DNA of 48,983 bases, the filler included, from Catajapyx aquilonaris (Eukaryota), in NCBI GenBank assembly GCA_000934665.2. It is 3 parts of 3 records of this genome, joined end to end, with 100 filler letters (N's around TTAATTAATTAA, not from the genome) between each part and the next. Parts side by side here need not be neighbours in the genome. Positions count along the whole stretch, not along the records: positions 1 to 16,386 come from JYFJ02007276.1; positions 16,487 to 32,736 come from JYFJ02007277.1; 1 more part is not named here. The stretch is one strand, 5' to 3'. Every line of letters begins with the position of its first letter. Position 1 is the first letter of the stretch. Both the position numbers and the translations under genes were made by a program. This document shows, one piece after another, positions 12,488 through 22,903 of this stretch. Below the pieces are notes generated by a model that saw only the letters and a program-made list of their open reading frames with translations, did no database searches and was not told the origin of the DNA.

Positions 12488-12629
12488 CCGCTAACTATCT
12501 GACTGAAGGTGCGATTGCATTTCATACAAATACAAATATTTCACACAAATACAACTACAAATACCTAAATACCTAAAATACATAATAATACAAATACAAA
12601 ATTCGAGGTCATCAACAGCCTATGTGTAC

Positions 12630-13010
12630 AGGGAACAATGCCCAATTTGTGTGGCGTATGCCATTACCATACAGAGGGCAGAGCCAAGGCCTGAGTCTCA
12701 CTAATGCACTCATCGATATGGGTTCCTCTGTCTTCTCGTGCGGTCAAGCCTACGTGGCTCTTTCCAGAGTTAAAAGTATATCAATGGAGTGCATCTCATC
12801 AATGCCTCCTTTACTAACATCAAGGCTCAAGAGTCAGCTATTCTGGAGTACGATAGATTGAGATCTATTTACCGACCAGACTTATCCATACTCAAAAGGG
12901 CTAATAAGGCATCGACAAACGTGGTTAAGGATCGCGAATGGGCTATGCGATCAGGTGTAGCAGATGTCCAATTCGCACAACCAGAACAGAAAAAAGGAAG
13001 CGTAATATGA
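12630..13010 (+). pseudogene. Helitron/Helentron RepHel PIF1-type helicase C-terminal remnant
   Basis: Across two frameshifts: EQCPICVAYAITI / SQGLSLTNALIDMGSSVFSCGQAYVALSRVKS / NGVHLIN...AILEYDRLR (SF1B motifs V-VI). Confidence 0.85.
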
Positions 13011-13214
13011 GAAAGCAGAAGAAAATCATACCTATTCAGAGGAAAAGATAGAGTTTTACATACTTTCATAATATATAACCTACACATTTTGATCTAAGTT
13101 ATTCATTGCCTTATTTGGAATATTTAACGGACCATTGCTTCCACGCCCAACCGTAGGGGGCTCCCAGAGATTTCTTATAATTATCCTACACTCCTGCCTA
13201 CAAAAAGAGGTGAG

Positions 13215-13709
13215 ATCCCACCAAAAACCTTTCTGTAAAAAAAGGCCAAGTTCTCCTGACTGCTTGGCCGTCAAAAGTGGTGAGATCTGAAATACGGCCA
13301 AGTTCACCGTCGTTGTCAATTCCTGGCATTCTCAACTTCTTCAACCTAAACCACTGACTTTGTTTTTCCAGGTCGACCTAAAGTTTAATCATCAAAAGAT
13401 TTTAATGGAATTTCTCTTGCTGTAACTTGGCCAGTGCTCATGTCCGAAGTATTGTTGAATTCTACAACTGTTTCAATGTTTTAAGAGCAATGGCCAAGTT
13501 ACAGCAAGAGAAATTCCATTAAAATTTTTTGATGATTAAACTTAAGGTCCACCTGGAAAAACAAAGTCAGTGGTTTAGGTTGAAGAAGTTGAGAATGCCA
13601 GTAATTGACAACGACGTTGAACTTGGCCGTATTTCAGATCTCACCACTTTTGACGGCCAAGCAGTCAGGAGAACTTGGCCTTTTTTTACAAAAAGGTTTT
13701 TGGTGGGAT
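13215..13709. repeat. Near-perfect palindrome: 225-bp arms (13215-13439, 13485-13709) with a 45-bp spacer
   Basis: Arms are reverse complements with only scattered mismatches. The ORF track shows the same peptide (MTTT.NLAVFQISPLLTAKQSGELGLFLQKGFWWD) on both strands. Confidence 0.95.
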
Positions 13710-13904
13710 TATTTCTGTCAGCAGACGCCCATTGTTGCTGTAACTTATAACTCACAAAACTCACTTTGGGGACAAACGGCATGTGAGGTGTGTGGCAAAT
13801 GGACATGCTCTAAGTACAAGGGGCTGATTGAAACTCAAATTTTCAAGGAAAAATAAATGTCCAATAGATTATGCGCTTCATTTGACATCCCCATGATGTG
13901 TATA

Positions 13905-16386
13905 TAGTGAGACTCGCTTTGCGAGCCGGTGGGGCTCCGCCCCCCCGGACCCCCCCGTGGGGCTGCGCCCCACTTGCGCGCCTTCGGCGCGGTGCCCGTG
14001 TTCCGCCTAATCCATCCGGTTACAGAAATCAGTGACGTCACCGGTAGCCAGGAGGAGAATGCGAACGTGCCCTGTGTGACGTATCGTTGAAAACAGCGAT
14101 TGGGATGACAAAGTGGGACCATCTGTGACGTATCTTTCCCACGACTCCAGGTTTGAGTGGTGTAAAGATCACAGGGGGTGGAGGGGAGGGGGTGGGCCAT
14201 TGTTCTCCTCCTAGTTACGACCATCTGCGGGCAAGGTCGCAAGTCGATCCGAGGCAGTTTGCGGATACATTAATTTCGCGATCTCGGGTTTGCGTCTACA
14301 TTTAATTTGGCGATCTCGAAAACGGCTGGGAATTTTGCGATTATGAGGATTTTTGGAATCGGTATATCGGAGGCTAGAAATGCAACGGTGCAGGTCCGAC
14401 GTCTCTGCGACGCCGGGAAGTGCGAAATCTTTTTCATCCTCCTCCTATGTATCCTCCTCGTTTAGGGGCTCTATATATGCTTGACTCGCTTTGCGAGGCG
14501 GGGGGGCTCCGCCCCCCAACACCCCCCCCCTTGGGGCTGCGCCCCGATAAGCGCGCCATCGGCGCTACGCGTTCCCGCCCGGGCCTACCCAGCACCGCAA
14601 GAAAGCTGGAAATAATAACCTGGAGTTCGTCGTCAACGGAGTGACCTATGTTCCGCCTAATCCATCCGGTTACAGAACCCGTGACGTCACGGTCCACAAA
14701 GGTATCGAGTATGAAAATGCGCCCTAGCTGACGTATATGGTGAAAAATGGAAAAGTGGGGTGGGGGCCAGGAGGAGTGGGTGTAACCATATGTGAGCTGA
14801 GAGGTCTCCGGAGATGAGGGTGAATGGGCCATTGTTCTTTCCCGGCTTAACGACAACCAGATGTGGAGTGTGGAGGGTGCAAAAGTCGACTTTTGGCCAT
14901 CTCGAAAACGGCTGGGAATTTTGGGGGTTTGAGGATTTTTGGACAATGTATGTCGACTGCAAGGAATCCAACGGAATTTCGACCACAGCTGAACGACCTC
15001 GGGAAGTGCGAAATCTTTTCCATCCTCCTATATCATGTATCCTATATATCCGAGGTCTCTGCGACGCCGGGAAGTGGGAAATCTTCTTCATACTCCTCCT
15101 CCTCGGATTGGGGCTTTATGTATATTAGACTCGCTTTGCAGGGCGGGGGGGCTCCGCCCCCCCACACCCCCCCTCGGGGCTGCGCCCCAATTGGCGCGCC
15201 TTCGGCGCTACGCGTTCCCGCCTACCCACTTACCCAGCACCGCTAGAGAGCTGGAAATAATAACCTGGAGTTCGTCGTCAACGGACTGACCAGTGAAGCA
15301 TGACAAACACCAGGTCCACCACTACAGGGCTGGCAACAATAACATTCGAGTTCGTCGTCAACGGAGTGACCAGAGGGGCATGAAAAATACCAGGATCACC
15401 ACTACAGGGCTGGAAACAATAACGTTGAGTATGTCGTCAACGGAGTCACCAATGAAGCATGACAAATACCACACCTGCAACAATCAACCAACCTACCAAC
15501 CAGCCAATCAACCAACAACAATGAGCGCGCCCCACAAACAACAGTGCAAGTGCAGCCGGCCGCCACACACTTCCTCCGACACTCCGCAAAAATTGGTCGG
15601 AGCGAGGTGGCAATGTGGCATCTATGTTCACAGGACTCCCGTGACGTCACCACTAATGGTGCGAGTAAAAGTCAACATGACGCAATAACAGATGACGTAG
15701 TGGAGGCGTTGAGTAGGGGAGGAGGATTCGAGGGGCGGGGGGGGGGCCGCCGGGGGAAGCGGGAGGTTATTGTGGGTGGTGGAGGCAATGCGATAGTGCT
15801 GCTCGTCTGTTGGCCGCCCGGGGAACCGGGGGAGTTGGCGGATATACTTTAATTTCGCGATCTCGGGTTTGCGTCTACATTTAATTTGGCGATCTCGAAA
15901 ACGGCTGGGTAATTCGTGGTTTTGAGGATTTTTCAAAATAGGAAAGCGGGGGCAAGGAATACAACGGTGTAAGTCCGAGGTCTGTACGACCTCGGGAAGT
16001 GGGAGATCTTTTCCATCCTCCTATATCCTCGGATTGGGGCTTTGTATATATTGGACTCGCTTTGCGAGGTGGGGGGGCGGAGCCCCCCCACACCCCCCCT
16101 TGGGGCTGCGCCCCGATTGGCGCGCCTTCGGCGCTATGCCCGTGTTCCGCCTAATCCATCCGGTTACAGAAATCAGTGACGTCTCCGGCAGCGATGAGGA
16201 GTTTCCGAACGTGCCCTCTCTGACGTATCGTTCAAAACAGCGCTTGGGATGACAGGTGGGACCGTCTGTATGTGACGTATCATTCTCACGGCAGGTTTGA
16301 GTAGTGTAAGCAAATCCCAGGGGGTGTATGGGAGGGGGTGGGCCATTGTTCTCCTTCTTTACGACCATCTGCGGGCAAGGCCGCTC
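13905..16386. repeat. Complex tandem array of four modular units, each headed by a GC-rich multi-hairpin cassette
   Basis: Cassettes at 13911, 14483, 15128 and 16054: CTCGCTTTGCGAG (degenerate in copy 3), GGGGCTCCGCCCC, GGGGCTGCGCCCC, GCGCCTTCGGCGC. Shared modules include TGTTCCGCCTAATCCATCCGGTTACAGAA and GATCTCGAAAACGGCTGGG. Confidence 0.9.
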
Positions 16387-16486
16387 NNNNNNNNNNNNNN
16401 NNNNNNNNNNNNNNNNNNNNNNNNNNNNNNTTAATTAATTAANNNNNNNNNNNNNNNNNNNNNNNNNNNNNNNNNNNNNNNNNNNN
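16387..16486. other. Artificial contig spacer
   Basis: N44-TTAATTAATTAA-N44, which places stops in all six frames. Identical to 32737-32836. Confidence 0.95.
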
Positions 16487-16742
16487 CATGGACTTGAATC
16501 CTTTCCTTTTGTCAAGTGTATTTTGTTAGGTTTAGTTGGCTGGCCAGCCTAGTGTTTCTTCAGGGTGTACATATCACCCAGCCCAAGTGTTTCTTTTAGT
16601 GTCTCTATAGTATGTAAGGTATACCGCACTTTGCACCATAGGGTTAATGTATGATCAGCCCAAGTGTTTTGGAGTGTGTTGGCTACGTCTTGAAACCCCT
16701 CCACTGCCTTTGTATGGATGGCTTTAGCTTCACAGGGAGGTG

Positions 16743-17074
16743 TGTGACCATTTTCTTTTGGACATGTCTGTACATGGTCCCATTATTTTGTGCTCAAATG
16801 TACTTGCACCCCGACTGGTCACGTGACGCCACCAGTCTGCTGTTCCCATCTCGCATTGCGTTTGCACCACTATTTAAGCACGCAACGCAGGGGCCTCTTG
16901 GCCATTCGCTAGGAGAGTATCCTGGATGACTGGTCACTCCTTACCACCCTCCCCTACCTAGCTATCCTTTTTCCCTCATATCACTTGGTGACATTTTGAT
17001 CAGAATAAACTGTCTGACTTAAACTGAACCCACTGTCTTTGGTTTTGTGTATGTACCTAGCCGCTCAGGTCACA
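16743..17074 (+). mobile_element. Solo LTR
   Basis: TGTGACC...GGTCACA termini, TATTTAA at 16871, AATAAA at 17004. Flanks GGTG/AGTG are an imperfect 4-bp TSD. Confidence 0.65.
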
Positions 17075-17299
17075 AGTGTATATGGTCAAATACACACTCT
17101 GGTTTCAGGTCTGACCAACCTGACCAGCGATAATAGAGATGGAAGGAGCTTTTGTCCCATCATGCCCTGCCCTCGCTTGTTATAAAAGCGGAGCCACGCC
17201 ACCCACCACTTCATTCAGAGATCACATCACTAAGCCACATCTTACATTTCAGAAGACTTTCATCCTCCTGCGAAAATGGCCGTGTCCACCATCCAGCGT

Positions 17300-17552
17300 G
17301 ACGACCCTCATTTACTTACATCCATCTATCGGTCGGCGGCCTGATTTTACCGGCACTGGTAGACAGTGGTGCTGTATCATCGGCCATCTCCATTGCTGTC
17401 TGGGAATCCCTTCCTGGCACTTTACAGTCGGCTTTGGAGCCTGAATCCCATATTACACTCAGGATGGCGGATGAAAGCAAGGTCTACCCATTCAGCCGCA
17501 TCACGCTACCTGCCTCCGTGGGTACCGCCTCCTTTGTGAAGTCATTTCTGGA
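17300..17552 (+). pseudogene. Degenerate retroelement aspartic protease fragment
   Basis: ALVDSGAVSSAIS at about 17349 and ITLRMADESKV downstream. Cut at 17553 by the next LTR. Confidence 0.65.
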
Positions 17553-17876
17553 TGTCACGGGACCCTCCTCTCTACTGTATTCTGTATTACTGTATCCTCT
17601 CCCATTCATTTCTGTTGGCTACCAGGTTCTGATCTATCTCCATATGACATTGTATACTGTGTATCATACCCACAATGCATCGGGGTCTCGTCTCTATATA
17701 AGACGGGGTCTCTAATAATTCCTCGTGGCCTTTTGGTCGTTCCCTCCGGGGGAGGCCACTGGCCGTACCACTCCCTTTTCCTCTCCCCCTTACTTCCTGA
17801 CACCCTTTTTGTACAGATCATTAAAGGTTACTATGAGATGAACCCACGTTGTTTTTGTGTACACCGGTTAGTAACA
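17553..17876 (+). mobile_element. LTR followed by a PBS-like sequence
   Basis: TGTCAC...GTAACA termini, TATATAA near 17695, ATTAAA near 17820, then TTTCGGTGACAC. Confidence 0.65.
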
Positions 17877-20480
17877 TTTCGGTGACACTAAATTCTGCAA
17901 ACACAAGAAGGGTGACAAAATGATGCAGGCGAATAATTCCTTGATGACCATGTCGACAGAAGACAAGACAGAAAAACAGGCAGAAAAAGTAATGGTAGCA
18001 GGTGTGTCATCTACTAATTATGGTTCAGGTGCTTTATTGCTAGATGGGAGACTGGAAGGTCAACCGGTCATATGCATGGTGGATAGTGGGGCCTCGAGGA
18101 ATTTTGTCAGTGAGAGCTTGGTACACAAACATCACATAAAGGTGATTGAGCTGGCTGATTCGTCCGAACGTTTGGTCCGCATGGCAGATGGAACCCTCAG
18201 GTATAGTCGGGCTCATTTGGAGTCCGATAACTTTCAACTAAATGAGTGGCAAGGTGAGTTGAGCGCCGAGGTAATTGCTATGGATAGCTATGATGTCATA
18301 TTGGGTATGCCTTGGTTGGAAGAACGGAATCCTGATGTTGATTGGAAGACAAAAGGGGTGCAATTCCAGATACGAGATCGTGTATATGTGATGGATAATC
18401 ATGAGCAAAAGAGGACACAGGTGGAATGTATGTTGTTGAATAGGGCAGAATTCCTGGCTGATGGGAACTTGGATCCAGACGAGTTATTTGTCGTCATAGG
18501 CAAACAAGTAACGCAAGAGGATAGTCACTCCTTTACGTCAAATTCCACCCAGGTCAAAGCGTTGTTGCATGAGTTCTCGGACGTACTGCCAAAAGAGTTG
18601 CCTCCGGTATTACCTCCTTCCAGAGGTATCGAACATCGGATAGATCTTATACCAGGGGCGAAACCAAAAAAAGGACCTATTTATCGCATGTCGGAAGAGG
18701 AGTCATATGAGTTGAAGAAACAGTTAAACCATCTCTTGGATAAAGGTTTCATTAGACCAGTGCAGTCGGAATATGGGTCGCCCATATTGTTTGTCAGGAA
18801 GAAAAATAATGAGTTGCGTTTATGTGCAGATTATCGGGCCATCAACGCATTAACGGTCAAAGAAAATTATCCTTTACCGTTAATCGATCAGCTGTTAGAT
18901 CGACTACATGGTGCTGCTGTGTTTTCAAAAGTGGATTTGAGATCAGGGTACCATTTGATTAAGATGCGGGATACTGACACCAAGTATACCACAATCAATA
19001 CGAGGTATGGTTCATTTGAGTATTTAGTGATGAACTTTGGGTTAGTGAATGCCAGTCATACTTTCATGGCTATGATGAATCAGGTTTTCATGCCATTTCT
19101 GGACGACTTTGTGTTAACGTATCTTGATGATGTGCTTATTTACAGCCGGAATGAGAGGGATCATTTAGCTCATTTACGGTTGGTGTTGCAGAAATTGAGG
19201 GAAAACAAATTGTATGCCAGAGAAGATAAATGCAACTTCATGTGTAAGCAAGTTGAATTTTTGGGATTCATGGTTTCGCAGGAAGGTGTACGACCTAAGC
19301 ATGACAAGGTGCAGGCGGTAGTAAAGTGGCCTGTCCCTCAAAATGTAAGGGAAATCCGACAATTCATGGGGCTGGTGAATTTTTACCTGCGTTTCATACC
19401 ACGTTTGGCGGAACTAGCGTCGCCCATTACGGATCTATTGCGCAAAGAGGTGCTATTTGTGTGGGGGGCAGCGCAGCAATCGGCCTTTGAGAGATTGAAG
19501 GAGGCGCTCACTTCCATACCCGTGTTAGCGGTGTTCCAACCGGGTCTGCGTACGGTAGTCAATGTCGATGCGAGCAGCAGGGCTATTGGAGCGGTGTTGG
19601 CACAGGTACATGAGGAAATTGATCGAAGAAGCACATGATGGGAAGACGGCAGGTCATTTCGGGGTAGAGAAAAGTTATGGCTTGTTGTCCTTGAATTTCT
19701 TTTGGCCTAGAATGTATAGGCAGGTGCAACGATATATATCCTCCTGTGATGCTTGTCAAAGGTCAAAGGTTGAATCTACTCATCCTGCAGGGCTCCTGCA
19801 ACCTCTAGAAATTCCTGGCGGTCGTTGGGAAAGCGTCTCGATGGACCTCATAACAGGTCTACCCGCGACAACAAAAGGAAATGATGCGATTGTAGTTTTT
19901 GTGGATAGATTTAGCAAGATGGCTCATTTTGCCGCTTGTAAGACTACAGTCACTGCTAAGAAGTTGGCTGATATTTTCTTTGATAAGGTTTTTTGTTGTC
20001 ATGGTTTATGTTTGACTTTGATTTCGGATAGAGATCCGAAGTTCTGTTCACAATTCTGGCAGTCATTGTTTCGGAGGATAGGGACTAAATTGTGTATGTC
20101 TACTGCACATCATGCACAAACAGATGGGCAAACGGAAAGGACAAACAGGGTGTTGGAGGATATGTTGCGTATATATTGCAGGGAAGAACCGAACTGTTGG
20201 GATGAATCATTGGCGACGGTTGAATTCGCATTTAACAATGCTAAATCAGCGTCAACGGGAATGTCTCCTTTTTTTGCTGTAATGGCACATCCCCCTATAC
20301 GCCTGTGTCATTATTACGTGAGGTGCTTGCGGAGGGGAAGACTGATCACGTACCCGCATTTGTTGATCGTTTACGGAGTATCATGGACAGGGCGAAGGAC
20401 GCACTGAGGAGAGCACAAGAAGTGCAGGTGAAACATTATGATAAGAAACACAGACATGTAACTTACAAAAATAGGATGTA

Positions 20481-22218
20481 CTAGCAGGATACCCGGCGTT
20501 GCTCGGGTTATGAAAGACTTTTCCATGTAGGTGTAAGTCATTGATTTGGTAGTAACCTTTGAAATAATTATGGCTGTACAATGTTGGCATACCTGTAATA
20601 TGGAGCATATTGCATGTGCGTGAAGTCCAAACACCAAACTGCGGATGTCAGATTGTAAGAGAGTACACAATACGCCTTAAAAATCCAGCAAAAGTATGTA
20701 ATGGAAAATTGAAGGCTGTGCAGTAAATGTAGAATAGGATTGAAAGACCGGCACCTCTCTTAGTCATTCCCCAACCCCAAAATGGCCAATCTGGCTTGGA
20801 TGACTGTGGCAGCAGGCAGCTATGGGGTCGCTGGAGAACTCAAGGCCCACCACCACGTTCAGGTTAAGGCGGCGCATTAGTAAAAATACGGTCGGTGCAT
20901 TTTTGAGGGAATTTTAAATTTTTGTGGCGAAACGCACCGTTAATCGGAAAAATGACGAAGAAGGTGCCCTGCGCAAAGGTTTGGTCTTTACTATATTATG
21001 GTAGGCTACCATACACGAATTTTTTTTATTTTATTTAGTTTACCCAGTGATGACCCTTACGGGTGCTATAGGGGGGTGGCATTCTGGCATACCACCATCA
21101 GTTTTCTGTATATATTTTCTGTTTCATTCACCGGTGCAAGGAAACAGGGACAATGGGAAAGAATATGAATTTTTGGGGAGGGAACATGGGTGCAAGGTGC
21201 AATGTCGTAACTATGGGTCATGTGCTGTTCCCCAGGAGGTTAGGTTGCCAGACACCTCCTTGGTGCAGGTCAGAAACCCTCCTGAAGCCGGTGAAAGTTC
21301 CCCAGGCGGGGATCGAACCTGGGGCCTTTCACTCTGCAAGCCGAGACGTTACCATCTCGGCCATCTACACCTCCCCACCGTACTCGATATGATTGGATTA
21401 AAATTGTGGACATACGGGCGAAGAAGCGTTGCCGACTTTGTCGCGTTTCCTGCCGCCATGTTATTCAAATGGGCTTTTGGGGAATGCCATTTTCCTTTCA
21501 CTTGAACTCGACGAAAAGGTCACTTCTAGGCCGAAAATGGCAAAATGACGACGAAGGTGCCCTGCGCGAGATCATGTCCTATTTGTTGGTGTAATATCTG
21601 TGTCAATTTCACCATTTTTGCGCCGTACTACGGCCGCAGAAGCGTAGACATGTCGAATCCCCATATGCTGCCCATGCATAAGCGAGTTTGTTTAGGTCGT
21701 CGTCCAGCTAGGGCTTCATTGTTACCGAATTTTTTTGCTAATGCGCCGCTGTGGGAACCATGGAGGAAGGAATTCCTTCCTCCGTGGTAGGAACTGCTTG
21801 CTGACCGCGACGGAACGTCGTTGCCGTGGGAACGTGTTTTTTTTTGTTGTGTTTGTAATGTAATGAAATATTGAAAGTTAAATGTTGATTATTACGGAAC
21901 GGGGATGGTGGGGGGGAGTGGGAGGGTGGGTGCTTGGGACAGGANGGGGAGCGATTCAGGGACTAGGGCATTCAGTGGTTGCCGCGGTAACCCAAGACAG
22001 GTGATGTTTACAGCCAATTGCTCATTATTAGAAGAGTGTTCCAAAGTCCTTTTCGCCTCCTGGGGCCAAGGATGACTTCGGAGGTCAATTCCAATGTGCT
22101 TATGTCATTCCCGGTAAAAAACTACCCCTAATCAATCTCCTCAGGAGTATGTTGAGGCCTCCGTACGGATTTGCATAGCGGACAAAAGACAGACATAGGT
22201 CTTGAAATATGTATTAGA
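20481..22218 (-). mobile_element. Non-autonomous Helitron inserted in the integrase gene
   Basis: Minus strand reads A|TCTAATACAT...CCCGAGCAACGCCGGG(hairpin)TATCCTGCTAG|T: 5'-TC, 3'-CTAG, A/T target, no TSD. Removing it rejoins ...HVTYKNRMYVLLKSD... in frame. Confidence 0.88.
21021..21372 (-). mobile_element. tRNA-derived SINE nested in the Helitron
   Basis: Minus strand TGGCCGAGATGGTAA...TTGCAGA...GGTTCGATCCCC head, with an A-rich tail at about 21021-21040. Confidence 0.75.
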
Positions 22219-22644
22219 TGTATTATTGAAGTCGGATGCTGTATGCCAACATTGTGGTAATACGACAAAAAAACTGATGCCGCAGTTTTTGGGGCCTTTC
22301 CTAATAGAGGATGTTCCCAGCAGGTTGACATGCAGGTTACGCTTGCCAAGGACTTTACGGATCCATCCCGTACTTCACGTGGGTCAATTGCGGCGGTATG
22401 TGCCGAGGGATTCGGAGAGACCCTCTAGCAGTGTTCGTCCTCCCCCATTGCATGTCGACAAGAAAAGTGCTGTGCATAAGGTAGACAAGATACTGAAGAG
22501 TAAATTGGTGAAGGGTAAAAAGATGTATTTGGTCAAGTGGGAAGGGTATACAACAAGCGATGCGACTTGGGAACCATATGATCATGTAAAACATCTGTTG
22601 CAGTGATGCTGCTGTTTAGTTTCTTCGGTTTGGCGGTGGGTGTA

Positions 22645-22903
22645 TGTAATGGTGTTTCCTTTTGACTTATGTGAACCTCCCCCATTTGTTGTATACACTG
22701 ATGAGAATGTTGGTGGCCACTGAGGTGCGAGCTTGTGAGGCAGAGAGAGACCAACCACCTTGGGGTGCGGTTGTGCATCCGGAGAGTCCAGAAGCTGTTA
22801 TTTGGCCACTGTCCAGACCGTTTACGTTGTGATTGTTGACAAGGACAATATATCATTTCTACTGAACCATCTTATTGGGACTTATTTGGGGTACCTCGTT
22901 ACA
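22645..22903 (+). mobile_element. 3' LTR of the chromodomain Gypsy element
   Basis: Begins TGTAAT just after a G-rich PPT-like tract downstream of the chromodomain stop, and ends GTTACA where hAT coding sequence begins. Confidence 0.65.

Larger units (their letters stand above)
17920..22606 (+). pseudogene. pol: Ty3/Gypsy pol (PR-RT-truncated RNase H-integrase-chromodomain), internally deleted, frameshifted and interrupted by a Helitron
   Basis: PR VDSGAS. RT LRLCADYRAIN, KVDLRSGYH, YLDD. RNase H start VDASSRAIGAVL. Integrase HHCC (AH...GH...CDAC), SMDLI, ISDRDPKF, QTDGQTER. GPY/F module FLGPF...IHPVLHV. Chromodomain VDKIL...YLVKWEGY...TWEP. Confidence 0.93.

Noticed and set aside
13835..16368. 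Many overlapping 70-170 aa ORFs
   Set aside because: By-products of a GC-rich tandem repeat. Frames are not conserved between units and there are no recognisable domains.
13905..16386. CRISPR-like array
   Set aside because: Eukaryotic context, spacers are homologous to one another and hundreds of bp long, and no cas genes are present.
16387..16486. TTAATTAATTAA palindrome within Ns (also 32737-32836)
   Set aside because: Identical 100-bp construct twice: an artificial six-frame-stop linker. It also means the ASB gene, TE nest and IFIT-like cluster cannot be treated as linked.
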